Assembly: GCA_934096025.1 (NCBI GenBank)
Contig: CAKOLP010000001.1
Location: forward strand, 1-34,631
Direction of reading: 5' to 3'
DNA: 34,631 nucleotides
Source of the DNA: an uncultured Bacilli bacterium
GTDB lineage: Bacteria > Bacillota_I > Bacilli_A > RF39 > UBA660
The position numbers and the translations under genes are program-made. This document shows positions 1 to 9,042 of the stretch, piece after piece (the stretch's first letter is position 1; the number at the start of each line of letters is the position of its first letter). The notes below the pieces were generated by a model. That model was not told the origin of the DNA and made no database searches. It saw only the letters and a program-made list of their open reading frames with translations.

Positions 1-411
1 GTAATGTTTTCTATTTTCATTATCAATTACATCTATATTTATAAGTTCATGGGAACACCAATAAAATATTTCAGATAAAGAGTAGATTACCGCTATTAAA
101 AGATAATATTTAGCAATTTTATCAGATAACAAAACAATAAATAAAATAAACAAAGCCCTTAGGATTACCCCTAGAGACATAATATACTTACTTTTATTTG
201 GAATCTTTTTAATAAAACGCTCCAAAAAACAAATGCCTATTGTTAATAATGTATATATAACAATGTAATATATTGCTATTGTGGTGATACTCTCGTTAGT
301 TACTTGTAAAAAGTATGCTACTAGAAATGTTTCAATAAATACTGCAGTCAAAGTATAAATTAAATCATTGGCCATTAAAAGCTTGGCGTTTTTACCTATT
401 TTACTACTCAT
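1..411 (-). CDS. Polytopic membrane protein, N-terminal part (transporter-like); gene runs off the window start
   Basis: Hand translation of the minus strand from the ATG at 409-411 (MSSKIGKNAKLLMANDLIYTLTAVFIETF...) stays open to base 1, giving 137 codons. It contains several hydrophobic helices. It is absent from the ORF track only because it is truncated. Confidence 0.5.
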   Translation of the reverse strand, partial: MSSKIGKNAKLLMANDLIYTLTAVFIETFLVAYFLQVTNESITTIAIYYIVIYTLLTIGICFLERFIKKIPNKSKYIMSLGVILRALFILFIVLLSDKIAKYYLLIAVIYSLSEIFYWCSHELINIDVIDNENRKHY

Positions 412-450
412 TTTTATCAATCCTTGCTAAAAGTAGTATAACACATAAAT

Positions 451-1884
451 TTATTCTTTTGGAACAGTATTTGCTCTTATTCTTTTTAAAGCTTGGACTG
501 TTTGAACTGATGTAGCCCATTCATTTTTAGGGTGCGATAAATTATTTGTTACTATTTTGACTCTATCCTTGTTTTCTAAGATGTGATTATAAGGAACTTT
601 AACACCGTTTACTAAAGCATACACAAAGCTATTGCCTAACTCCGTACTTATCTTATAAGCAAAATCAAGAGCTGTTGAGTATTCAGGTAACTCTATTACT
701 TCACCACTTGGGGTATATACATATATTTTATTGGAAAGAAGTTCTCTTTTTACTTGTTTTACAAAATCTTGATTGTCTTTAAATGCTTCATTTATTTCTA
801 ATAGTGAATTAAAGAATTGATATTTTTGCCGTAAGTCTTGTTGCATTTCGTCTCGGGCATTTCCTTTTTTAACATCGAAGTATGCTGTTAAACCGAATGA
901 TGCAATTTTATCCATTTCTCTCGTTCTAATTTGAGTTTGTATAATTTGGTCTTCTGGGCCAAAAACGGTTGTATGAAGACTTTGATACATATTTGTTTTA
1001 GGATTACAGATATAATCTTTAAACTTACTATTTATAGGACGATATTTTTGATGTAAAAAACCTAACACTGTATAACAGTCAATATCATTATTAACAATAA
1101 TTTTCAAAGACAATAAGTCAGGCATGTTATTTATACTCTTGCCTTTTTGGGTGCTTTTGTATACTTCATAGGCACTTTTAGCACAAATACCAATGCTACA
1201 TTCAATTCCTGCTTTATTTAGAATTTTGTTTAATTCTTCTAGCATAATTGTTAAAGAACTGTTTTTAGCTTGCTCTGCTCCTTGCATTAATCTTACAATT
1301 TTGTTATATTCTTCTCTATATAAATACATTAAAGAAAGGTCTTCAAGTTCTTTTTTTAAATCATAAGCTCCGATAGCATAAGCAAGTGGAACATATAATT
1401 CCAATGTTTCTAAGGCATTTTCTTTTTGTTTAAATTCCGATTTAAATTCAAGTGTACGCATATTATGAAGTCTATCTGCAAGTTTAATAATAATTATTCG
1501 CACATCTTCAGTAATACCTGTAATTATTTTTCTAGTGTTTGCATAATTCATTTCTTCTTCACTAGAAAAATTCATTTTAGATATTTTTGTTACACCTTCC
1601 ACTAAAGTGGCTACAGTTTCATTAAATTGATAAGCTATTTCTTCTTTGGTAACTGGTGTGTCTTCGATAGTATCATGTAATAATGCAGCGCAAATGGTAT
1701 CTATATCTGCATGCATTTCAGCAAGGATATAAGCTACAGTTAAGGGATGAATTATGTATGGTTCCCCACTTTGGCGAAGTTGCCCGTCATGTAATTTTTC
1801 GGCAAATTTATATGCCTTTTCTACTTCTTCGATTCCTTTCTTTTCATATTCTTTTACTTTTAATAATAAATCTTTAATTGTCAT
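451..1884 (-). CDS. rel: RelA/SpoT-homologue (RSH) protein: HD hydrolase + synthetase-like + TGS domains, short form (477 aa)
   Basis: HD-hydrolase motifs are present: RQSGEPYIIHP, LLHDTIEDT and DRLHNMRTL. The synthetase-domain core reads YQSLHTTV...QIRT. A TGS-like segment reads IYVYTPSGEVIELPEYSTALDFAY. The protein ends right after TGS. Confidence 0.9.
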   Translation of the reverse strand: MTIKDLLLKVKEYEKKGIEEVEKAYKFAEKLHDGQLRQSGEPYIIHPLTVAYILAEMHADIDTICAALLHDTIEDTPVTKEEIAYQFNETVATLVEGVTKISKMNFSSEEEMNYANTRKIITGITEDVRIIIIKLADRLHNMRTLEFKSEFKQKENALETLELYVPLAYAIGAYDLKKELEDLSLMYLYREEYNKIVRLMQGAEQAKNSSLTIMLEELNKILNKAGIECSIGICAKSAYEVYKSTQKGKSINNMPDLLSLKIIVNNDIDCYTVLGFLHQKYRPINSKFKDYICNPKTNMYQSLHTTVFGPEDQIIQTQIRTREMDKIASFGLTAYFDVKKGNARDEMQQDLRQKYQFFNSLLEINEAFKDNQDFVKQVKRELLSNKIYVYTPSGEVIELPEYSTALDFAYKISTELGNSFVYALVNGVKVPYNHILENKDRVKIVTNNLSHPKNEWATSVQTVQALKRIRANTVPKE

Positions 1885-1926
1885 AATTTTAATCAGCTTC
1901 TTACTTATTTTATTTTTTTTATTATC

Positions 1927-1955
1927 ATTTTATTAAAAACATATTGATTTGTCAA
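1927..1955 (-). promoter_or_regulatory. Sigma-A-type promoter for rel
   Basis: The minus strand reads TTGACA (1955-1950), a 17-nt spacer, then TAAAAT (1932-1927). This lies about 40 nt upstream of the rel ATG. Confidence 0.5.
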
Positions 1956-1974
1956 CCAAAAATTTAAAATTTTT

Positions 1975-2010
1975 TAAAAAAAGAAAAAAAGAAGTACAAT
2001 TGTACTTTCT
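1975..2010 (-). terminator. Weak rho-independent terminator after tag; alternatively a 16-bp palindromic operator
   Basis: AAGTACAATTGTACTT (1992-2007) is a perfect 16-bp palindrome. On the minus strand it is followed by CTTTTTTTCTTTTTTT. The stem is only about 6 bp with an AATT loop, so termination would be weak. Confidence 0.35.
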
Positions 2011-2137
2011 AATGTTAGTTTAATTTTATTAGTTCTTTCCGCTATCCTCCACTACAATTATAATTTGCAGAAGAAATTTGAATTATCAGAAGCCTTTGCA
2101 TATTATCTATTTCTATATTAAAAATTATTAAATATGA

Positions 2138-2232
2138 TTCCATTCCGTGAGATTTTGAAATTTCATTCCGTGAGATTTTAAGTTTTCATTCCGTGAGATT
2201 TTGGATTTTCATTCCGTGATATTTTGAAACAA
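2138..2232. repeat. Four head-to-tail copies of a 23-bp unit (consensus TTCATTCCGTGAGATTTTGRAWT)
   Basis: CATTCCGTGA starts at 2141, 2164, 2187 and 2210, an exact 23-bp period. The last copy contains the final codons and stop of tag. Confidence 0.9.
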
Positions 2233-2757
2233 AAAACATTCTTCTTCATGAGAGTTAATGATTCCAATAGCTTGAAGATATGAATAAATAATTGTTGTAC
2301 CCACAAATTTCATGTTTCTTTTTTGTAAATCCTTTGATATGGCATCAGAAAGTACCGAAGACGTAAAATGGCTCTCAAAATATATTTTTCCTTGCGTAAA
2401 TTCCTTTAAATAATTATAAAAGGAACCGTATTCTTCAATAATACTTTTAAATATTTTAGCATTATTAATGCTTGCTTTGATTTTTAATTTATTTCTTATT
2501 ATATCTTTATTTTTTAATAGGTCTTCGATTTTCTTATCATCATATTGTATTACTTTTTCTATGTCAAAGTTATCATAAGCTTTCTTAAATGCTTCTCTTT
2601 TATTTAGTACACATTCCCAAGAAAGCCCTGCTTGAAAAGATTCTAAAATAAGCATTTCAAATAAGTATTTATCGCTAGTATTTAAAACACCCCATTCTTC
2701 ATCATGATATTTAACATACAATTCATTTTTTAAATTACACCAACTACATCTATTCAT
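2209..2757 (-). CDS. tag: DNA-3-methyladenine glycosylase I
   Basis: The N-terminus RCSWCNLKNELYVKYHDEEWGVL and the motif ESFQAGLSWECVLNKREAF are typical of the Tag family. Length is 182 aa. Confidence 0.9.
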   Translation of the reverse strand: MNRCSWCNLKNELYVKYHDEEWGVLNTSDKYLFEMLILESFQAGLSWECVLNKREAFKKAYDNFDIEKVIQYDDKKIEDLLKNKDIIRNKLKIKASINNAKIFKSIIEEYGSFYNYLKEFTQGKIYFESHFTSSVLSDAISKDLQKRNMKFVGTTIIYSYLQAIGIINSHEEECFLFQNITE

Positions 2758-3446
2758 AATAAGGAACTATCTCCATTCTTGTAATTTATATATATTCCAT
2801 CTTGGACATTATAAACAAATATTTTAAATTTAATACCTTGGCCATTATCTTCTACCGACAGAGCTTCCATAATAACGCCAGTTGCTAATAGGTTATCATT
2901 TTCATAGACTGGAGTTACTCGATATAAGACATGATTTTTAGTGTTTCTTATATATTCTGCTACTTTATTTTCATAATCTAACATGACACCTGTATTCATT
3001 TGTCTAGTGCAAGTAATTAAATTATTGGGATTGGCATTTTCCCCGGTTAATTGATATCCGATTAAATGACAACGGTTATATAAGTATTTTCCCTCGATTA
3101 AGTCATACTTTACAGTGTGCCAGCCGGTAGGTTTAATCATACCAATAGATTTTCTTTTTTCCGTTGGCATTAAATCATAACCAATATTTGCAAAAGCTTT
3201 CGTGGCTCTATCTAAGTTATCTAAATTGTCATATTCTTCAAAACTTGTCGAAGTATCAACATTATCAAAATTAGGTTCATTATTATCTAATTCTATATAA
3301 CCTTTGCCTACATAATCCGGTATATAATTGATTGTGTAGGTTTCTTTTGTTTCATCTTTGTTAAATAAGTTATTATAGTTAAAGCTTAAAAAACTTATAA
3401 TTACTAATATGCATATAATACTTTTACTGTTTTTCTTCATAATCAT
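2754..3446 (-). CDS. Secreted or membrane-anchored DNA/RNA non-specific endonuclease (Endonuclease_NS_2 / DNA-entry-nuclease-like)
   Basis: It has an N-terminal signal/anchor (KKNSKSIICILVIISFLSF). The active-site region is NRCHLIGYQLTGENANPNNLITCTRQMN. Confidence 0.75.
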   Translation of the reverse strand: MIMKKNSKSIICILVIISFLSFNYNNLFNKDETKETYTINYIPDYVGKGYIELDNNEPNFDNVDTSTSFEEYDNLDNLDRATKAFANIGYDLMPTEKRKSIGMIKPTGWHTVKYDLIEGKYLYNRCHLIGYQLTGENANPNNLITCTRQMNTGVMLDYENKVAEYIRNTKNHVLYRVTPVYENDNLLATGVIMEALSVEDNGQGIKFKIFVYNVQDGIYINYKNGDSSLL

Positions 3447-3721
3447 TCCTCTTTAAAATTATTGTATATTTTTATTAATTTTTCTATTTCTTTTATTATA
3501 TATTCTTTTATAATACTTTTGTAGGTTATTTCTTCTTTAGCTTTTTTAAAAGTTTCTTCGTATTCTATGGTTGTAAAGACATCGATAGTTCTGCAGTCAT
3601 TTATCAGTTTATATAAAGAGTATTTTTCATTACATAGATTATTTATTTCTAATTCAAATGACATTCGCTCTTTTAAATGAAATAAAGCAAGATTATGGTA
3701 TTTTTTACTATATCTTTTCAT
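3443..3721 (-). CDS. Hypothetical 92-aa cytoplasmic protein, translationally coupled to the nuclease
   Basis: The ORF shares a 4-bp ATGA overlap with the nuclease start. An RBS (AGGAGGGG) sits upstream. I recognised no motif. Confidence 0.55.
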   Translation of the reverse strand: MKRYSKKYHNLALFHLKERMSFELEINNLCNEKYSLYKLINDCRTIDVFTTIEYEETFKKAKEEITYKSIIKEYIIKEIEKLIKIYNNFKEE

Positions 3722-3837
3722 TTGTATCCCCTCCTTGTAATTATAGCATAGTTTTAGCTAATCTTTTTTAAATTTGTGTAATAGTGTGGCTAATTAAATG
3801 GGTATTTAGTGCCATAATAATTGTGAGGTGTGTATTT

Positions 3838-4161
3838 ATGGCTATTTATAGTTATCATGAGTTACAGAAAAGATTAGAAAATTATAAAAATGAAACAGAA
3901 TTATATAAATTGATTTGTAAAAATATTAAGAAGTATAGAAAACTTAGATATAATGAATTTAAAAGGAATTCTTTAACTAATTCAATTAATCCTTATACTA
4001 CTGAGAATTTTGCTGCTTTACTTGATTATAATCATACACATTATAAAAGGTTTGAAAGCGAAAATGATTCTACGAAAAGAATCCCTTTAATAAAGTTATT
4101 AATGGCTTCGATTATTTTAGACATTGATTTAGAAGATTTGTTTAATGAAAATATATCATAA
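3838..4161 (+). CDS. Small helix-turn-helix (XRE-like) DNA-binding protein
   Basis: I prefer the ATG at 3838, which is preceded by GAGGTG, over the track's GTG at 3784. The HTH-like segment reads ...NPYTTENFAALLDYNHTHYKRFE... Confidence 0.55.
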   Translation: MAIYSYHELQKRLENYKNETELYKLICKNIKKYRKLRYNEFKRNSLTNSINPYTTENFAALLDYNHTHYKRFESENDSTKRIPLIKLLMASIILDIDLEDLFNENIS

Positions 4162-4621
4162 CATTAAACCTATATATAATAAGGATGCTAAGGTATTAAT
4201 TCTTGGAAGTATGCCTAGTGTAATATCACGGGAAAAAAAGTTTTATTATGCTAATAAAAATAATAGATTTTGGCCTATATTGGAAACTTTATTTAAAGTT
4301 AAATTAAGTACAAGTGAAGATAAGAAAAAGTTTTTATTAAATAATAATATTGCTTTATGGGATGTTTTTCAAAGTGTTGATATTAGTAAATCTAGTGATA
4401 GCTCTATTAAAAATGTAAAATATAATGATATATTAAAAGTATTACAAGAAACGAAAGTAAAAGTTATTTTTTGTACAGGTAAAGTTTCTTACAATGCTTT
4501 AATTAAACATTTTACTTTGGATACACTAGTTATTTATTTGCCTAGTCCGAGTAGTGCTAATGCTAAATTTAGTCTAGTAGATTTAGTAAAGGAATATAGA
4601 ACTATTCTTGATTATTTATAA
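4145..4621 (+). CDS. UDG-superfamily glycosylase, DNA-deoxyinosine (hypoxanthine) glycosylase-like (family 6)
   Basis: The motif LILGSMPSVISREKKFYYANKNNRFWPIL is typical of this family. A C-terminal LPSPSSAN motif is also present. Confidence 0.75.
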   Translation: MKIYHNIKPIYNKDAKVLILGSMPSVISREKKFYYANKNNRFWPILETLFKVKLSTSEDKKKFLLNNNIALWDVFQSVDISKSSDSSIKNVKYNDILKVLQETKVKVIFCTGKVSYNALIKHFTLDTLVIYLPSPSSANAKFSLVDLVKEYRTILDYL

Positions 4622-4626
4622 AAGAC

Positions 4627-5208
4627 CTAGTCTTTTTTTCTTTTGCGAGCATAATGTTCTTCAAGTGTTATGTTTTCATGATAAAGCATTTCGGCTAGAT
4701 TTAAGCCTACGAAACGATAATGCCATGGTTCATAAGCATAACCAGTTATTTCTTCACAAAATTGGGGATATCTTAAGATAAAACCGTATTTATAACTGTT
4801 TTCTTTTAGCCATGTTACTTCTCTATCCGTATCTTTTACATCATCAGAATAAACTCCATTTTTTAAATAAGCTATATCCATTGCTAGACCTGTTTGATGT
4901 TCACTACTTCCCGGTAATGCCACGTATTTATAAGCTTCTTCTCCTCGTTTTTTTATAATGGAAGCTAGTATTTGTTCTTGATATTCGTAACTACGATATC
5001 CACTGTCAACTATGATAAACATTTCATCTTCCCATGCTTTTTTTAACATTTGATCTACAAAAGGCTTTATTTCTATGGCTAACATAGGTTTTAAATTTGG
5101 GTCTAGGTAGTTATGAAAATTATTCTCATTTTCATCAACTGTATAAAGTTGTGGTTTGTAATTCCTATCTAAACGATGTTTTTTATTAACTAATATTTCA
5201 AAATCCAT
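4627..5208 (-). CDS. D-alanyl-D-alanine carboxypeptidase, VanY / peptidase M15B family
   Basis: Family motifs SGYRSYEYQ, SEHQTGLAMDI and EPWHYRFVG are present. Confidence 0.85.
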   Translation of the reverse strand: MDFEILVNKKHRLDRNYKPQLYTVDENENNFHNYLDPNLKPMLAIEIKPFVDQMLKKAWEDEMFIIVDSGYRSYEYQEQILASIIKKRGEEAYKYVALPGSSEHQTGLAMDIAYLKNGVYSDDVKDTDREVTWLKENSYKYGFILRYPQFCEEITGYAYEPWHYRFVGLNLAEMLYHENITLEEHYARKRKKD

Positions 5209-5286
5209 ATATGACTCCTTATCTATTTAATTATATCATTAAACGAATTAAAAATGCCTAGATTTTGCAACTAGACATTTTATTTT

Positions 5287-6312
5287 TTACATTTTAGGGT
5301 CAACTAAAATCTTAACTGCTGAGCTTTTACCACTTGTTAATTTTTCGTAAGCTTTTTGTGTTTGCTCTAAAGGTACTACATCATCAACAAATTTCATTAC
5401 ATCTATTTTTTCATTAGCAATTAAATCAATACATGCTTTAAATTCATTATATGTATAAGCAATAGCTCCTTGAACAACTAATTCTTTCATGACTGCCATA
5501 ACTGTGTAGGTTGGCACTGCATCTGTTGCTACCCCAACAAGAACAACTATACCACCTGGCTTTACCATTTGAATAGCTGTATTAACTGCTGCAGCATTTC
5601 CAACACACTCAATGACAACATCAAAGCCTCCATGTGTTTTGCTTACTAATTTTTCTGTTAATCCTTCTTCAGTTGCATTAAACCATTCATCAGCTACATC
5701 TAATTTTACGGCCTTATTTCCTCGATCTGGATTAGTTTCTGTTACACAAACATAACTTGCTCCCTCAAGTTTAGCAAACATTGCTGATGTTAAGCCAATA
5801 ATTCCACCCCCGATAACTAAGACATCATCACCAACAGCAATGCGTCCTAAGTGGGCTGCATGTAGTCCCACGGCAGTAGGTTCTACTAAAGCTACTTCTT
5901 CATCTTTCATATTATCAGGTACTTTTATAACCATATCTGGTCTTATAGCAATCTTTTCTGTAAGACCACCGGGATTATCTAAAGATAGCCCAATTGCTTC
6001 AGTCCATGTTTTACTACAATATTGATAATCTCCTTTACGACAAGCTTCACATTCATTACATGGTGATATTGGTAAAGCAGTTACTCTGTCACCTACTTGT
6101 AAGTCTAATCTATCTCCTGGGTCTAAAACTGTTCCACAAAATTCATGTCCCATTACTAGCCCTTTAGGTTCTCCATTTACCCAATAATGAATATCAGACC
6201 CACAAATACCACATTTTGATATTTCTACGATAACTTTTCCATTTAGAGAAACTGGTTCCTTTATTTCCTTAATTTCGAATTCTTTTACTCCTTTAATACT
6301 ACATGCTTTCAT
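5287..6312 (-). CDS. Zinc-dependent alcohol/polyol dehydrogenase (MDR family)
   Basis: GICGSDIHYW and GHEFCG are the catalytic-Zn motifs. CNECEACRKG is the structural-Zn motif. GGGIIGL is the Rossmann motif. Confidence 0.9.
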   Translation of the reverse strand: MKACSIKGVKEFEIKEIKEPVSLNGKVIVEISKCGICGSDIHYWVNGEPKGLVMGHEFCGTVLDPGDRLDLQVGDRVTALPISPCNECEACRKGDYQYCSKTWTEAIGLSLDNPGGLTEKIAIRPDMVIKVPDNMKDEEVALVEPTAVGLHAAHLGRIAVGDDVLVIGGGIIGLTSAMFAKLEGASYVCVTETNPDRGNKAVKLDVADEWFNATEEGLTEKLVSKTHGGFDVVIECVGNAAAVNTAIQMVKPGGIVVLVGVATDAVPTYTVMAVMKELVVQGAIAYTYNEFKACIDLIANEKIDVMKFVDDVVPLEQTQKAYEKLTSGKSSAVKILVDPKM

Positions 6313-6324
6313 TTACATTCTCCT

Positions 6325-7152
6325 TTACTTTTTATTTATTGTTACTACTCGAGGATAAGGAATTTCTATACCCTCAGCATTAAATCTTTTCATTATTATA
6401 TAGTATAAATTATACATATTTTCATATACATCACTATTATCATTTCCCCAGACCCATGCTCTTAAGGAAATACTTGAATCATTTAAACTCGACACTCTAA
6501 CTTTAGGAAACTCAACATTTTTGTTTTTTCCCTTGGGATTAGGATGATATAGCTTACTTAATTCTTCTTTTATTATTGTAATTGCTTTATCTATATCAGA
6601 TTCATAACTTATATTGAAATCAACTAACTTTACATTTTCATTGTCGGCATAATTAAAGTTCTCAATTGTATAGGTATTCATCTGACTATTTGGAATTAAA
6701 ACCCGCCGATTATTAATCGTTCTTATTACAGTATGGCGCATTGTGATATCTTCGACTGTTCCACTTACACCCTTGTCTACGCATTCAATAAAGTCCCCGA
6801 CATCATAAGCACTACCAATTACTACTGCTATACTTCCAAAAAAGTTTTTTAAACTCTCTTGGGCTGCTAGACCTAATACAACGGACCCAATTCCTAATCC
6901 AGATAATAGAGTTTTTGAAAAAGAATTAAAGACATCAAATTGACCAATAGATATTAATACCGCAAAAACATATAATACTAGCTTTTTGATTCTTTTAATA
7001 AATACCAAAAAGGTTGTAAGATTTTTCTTCTTGTGTATAGCTATAGTCTTCTCAATTATCTTATCTATTATATTATTTAGAACAAAAACAATGATAAATA
7101 CAGAAACTATACTAATAATTTTATCTACATATTTTTCTAAAAATTCTTTCAT
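6325..7152 (-). CDS. Small-conductance mechanosensitive channel (MscS family)
   Basis: Three N-terminal TM helices precede the MscS beta-domain pattern (GDFIECVDKGVSGTVEDITMRHTVIRTINNRRVLIPNS). Confidence 0.85.
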   Translation of the reverse strand: MKEFLEKYVDKIISIVSVFIIVFVLNNIIDKIIEKTIAIHKKKNLTTFLVFIKRIKKLVLYVFAVLISIGQFDVFNSFSKTLLSGLGIGSVVLGLAAQESLKNFFGSIAVVIGSAYDVGDFIECVDKGVSGTVEDITMRHTVIRTINNRRVLIPNSQMNTYTIENFNYADNENVKLVDFNISYESDIDKAITIIKEELSKLYHPNPKGKNKNVEFPKVRVSSLNDSSISLRAWVWGNDNSDVYENMYNLYYIIMKRFNAEGIEIPYPRVVTINKK

Positions 7153-7289
7153 ATATACTCCATATTATTATTTTATCAAAATACACTTTACTTGTCATTA
7201 TTTTAGGTTATGCACTTTACAGTTACTTTATATCTTGCTTTTTCTAAATTTTCTGTTATAATAAAAATCACTTATTAAGGGGGAAAATT

Positions 7290-8075
7290 ATGACTGTAAA
7301 TAAAACATTTTTATCTGAGATGAATTTCTTATCAATAGGAACTGATATTATTATACCCGAGTTATTTCAAAATATTAAAAATAATCCTGAGAATCCTTTA
7401 AAACCTACGGGTGGGTTTTGGGCAACAGAATATCACGAATCATACAAGTATTTTAGTCCATGGTTGGATTTTGCTTGTGTTCGTAAAGATATATTATATC
7501 GTTATTATCAATTATATGGTTTTAAACCAAAAGGCGTCTATTTTAGTATAAATCAATGTAGTAATATATTTATTTTGGATTCTTTTGAAAGTTATATGTA
7601 CTTACTAGAGCACTTTGGAAACAATGGGGTTATTGATTTTGAAGCAATGGCTCAAGTATATGATGGTGTTTATGTTAATGTCTTTGCTTTAAATAATTCT
7701 GATAATGATGTATTAAGACAAATGGGAAAAACTTGGGGAGTTAGTTCTCTGGTTGTCTTCAATTTAACAGTAATCAATTGTTTTCAGTCTGTTAATATTG
7801 ATATTGAAGAAAAAGATATTTTTGATTTTACGCTAGAACCACTTTTTTATATAATTAATGTTGAAAAAGGAGTACATAAAGTTAGCCATTCATCTAAACG
7901 GAGGGAAGAACTTATTGAAATAATGAGAGAATTTGTTCATACAAATGGATTAGCCCCAATACCTGAGAATATGAAGCTTCTTTTGGATATTTACGGTGGT
8001 GAAATACTTCACTTGTTTGGAAGTGACAATCCCAAACTTAAAAAAACTTTAACAATTAACAAAGTTTTACATTAG
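7290..8075 (+). CDS. Hypothetical protein (261 aa)
   Basis: This is a long ORF with the RBS AAGGGGGA upstream. I recognised no motif. Confidence 0.6.
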   Translation: MTVNKTFLSEMNFLSIGTDIIIPELFQNIKNNPENPLKPTGGFWATEYHESYKYFSPWLDFACVRKDILYRYYQLYGFKPKGVYFSINQCSNIFILDSFESYMYLLEHFGNNGVIDFEAMAQVYDGVYVNVFALNNSDNDVLRQMGKTWGVSSLVVFNLTVINCFQSVNIDIEEKDIFDFTLEPLFYIINVEKGVHKVSHSSKRREELIEIMREFVHTNGLAPIPENMKLLLDIYGGEILHLFGSDNPKLKKTLTINKVLH

Positions 8076-8078
8076 TAT

Positions 8079-8672
8079 TTAATTAATTTTAAATACTTTT
8101 TTTAATATTATACTTATTAAGTAAGCACATAAAGTCATAATAATTACAGTAATAATACTTGTAGGATTTTTAAAGCTTTCTAAAAGTCCTGTTCCTATAA
8201 CGCCCCAGAAATAGACTAAGAATATCTTACTAATTAAAATAGATATTAAAAACTTTTTAAATTCCATATCAGATAAGCCGGCGGCAATATTAATCATAAA
8301 TGCCGGAGTAAAAGGTATTGATAAGACAACTGTTATTTGCGTAAGTGAAAGATTTTTGACATAATTTAGACAATCGTTTAATAACTTGACATTTTTTATT
8401 TTTGGGACTATCCAATTTTTTAAAAACCTTTTTACTAAAAAGTAAGATAAAAGACATCCAAGACAAGTGAAAACCCACGAAATAAGAAAACCTCCGATAT
8501 GACCAAAAGCTATAAAATTAATAGTTATAAACACAAATAAAGGAAGTGGCGGAAATATACTTTCTAAACAAATGAAAATACAGCCCAATAAAGGACCATA
8601 AATTCCTAAATTATTAATCGTATTCATTATAAAATCATAAAAGGTATTAAACAATTCACTCATATATATCAC
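8079..8672 (-). CDS. DedA / TVP38-TMEM64 (SNARE-associated) family membrane protein
   Basis: The protein is polytopic with the family-typical layout (...FPPLPLFVFITINFIAFG..., ...IPFTPAFMINIAAGLS...). The start codon is uncertain: GTG at 8672 or ATG at 8663. Confidence 0.75.
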   Translation of the reverse strand: MIYMSELFNTFYDFIMNTINNLGIYGPLLGCIFICLESIFPPLPLFVFITINFIAFGHIGGFLISWVFTCLGCLLSYFLVKRFLKNWIVPKIKNVKLLNDCLNYVKNLSLTQITVVLSIPFTPAFMINIAAGLSDMEFKKFLISILISKIFLVYFWGVIGTGLLESFKNPTSIITVIIMTLCAYLISIILKKVFKIN

Positions 8673-8705
8673 TGTTATTATTCTACCACAAATTCAAAAT
8701 TTTAT

Positions 8706-8960
8706 CTATTTAATAACTTGTGTTACATCATAGCCAAAATATTCAAGCATAGCAACTACTCTTTGACTTAATCGACCTTTATTGCATACAATATAGTATT
8801 TTTTATTGTAGTCAAGCATCCTTTTATAATTTAGTAGTAAATCATCAGCGTATATGTTTATACTGTTTGGTGTTGGATATTTCTTATAGTCACTCGGATA
8901 TTGGACATCAATTAGTATTCCCATTCCACTGTGATAATCACTTAAATTTATCCTTTTCAT
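8706..8960 (-). CDS. Single-domain rhodanese-like protein
   Basis: The active-site loop is YIVCNKGRLSQ (C-x4-R type). Length is 84 aa. Confidence 0.65.
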   Translation of the reverse strand: MKRINLSDYHSGMGILIDVQYPSDYKKYPTPNSINIYADDLLLNYKRMLDYNKKYYIVCNKGRLSQRVVAMLEYFGYDVTQVIK

Positions 8961-9013
8961 ATAACATCACACTATAAGATATGATGTTTTTTTAAAACCA
9001 TTTATTTTAAATA

Positions 9014-9042
9014 CCTAAAAAAAAGACACGGAAATGTCTTTT
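9014..9042 (-). terminator. Rho-independent terminator closing the T4SS operon
   Basis: The minus strand reads TAA-AAGACA-TTTCCG-TGTCTT-TTTTTTAGG. That is a 7-8 bp stem, a 6-nt loop and a T-run, placed immediately at the T4CP stop codon. Confidence 0.7.

Noticed and set aside
2138-2232. The 23-bp repeat array might be a CRISPR array.
   Set aside because: The repeats are directly contiguous with no spacers. There are only four copies, no cas genes are nearby, and the last copy is part of the tag coding sequence.
2209-4621. Three base-excision glycosylases lie in one window (tag, a deoxyinosine/UDG-family gene, and ung at 30485-31147), which might be a repair island.
   Set aside because: The genes are not adjacent to one another, sit in separate transcription units and are common core genes. 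This is most likely coincidence.
8961-8993. A hairpin (AACATCA...TGATGTT followed by TTTTT) between the T4CP terminator and the rhodanese gene.
   Set aside because: The T-run is on the plus strand, where no upstream plus-strand gene exists. On the minus strand it would sit in the rhodanese leader. The stem is short with a 12-nt loop, so there is not enough evidence to call a terminator or riboswitch.
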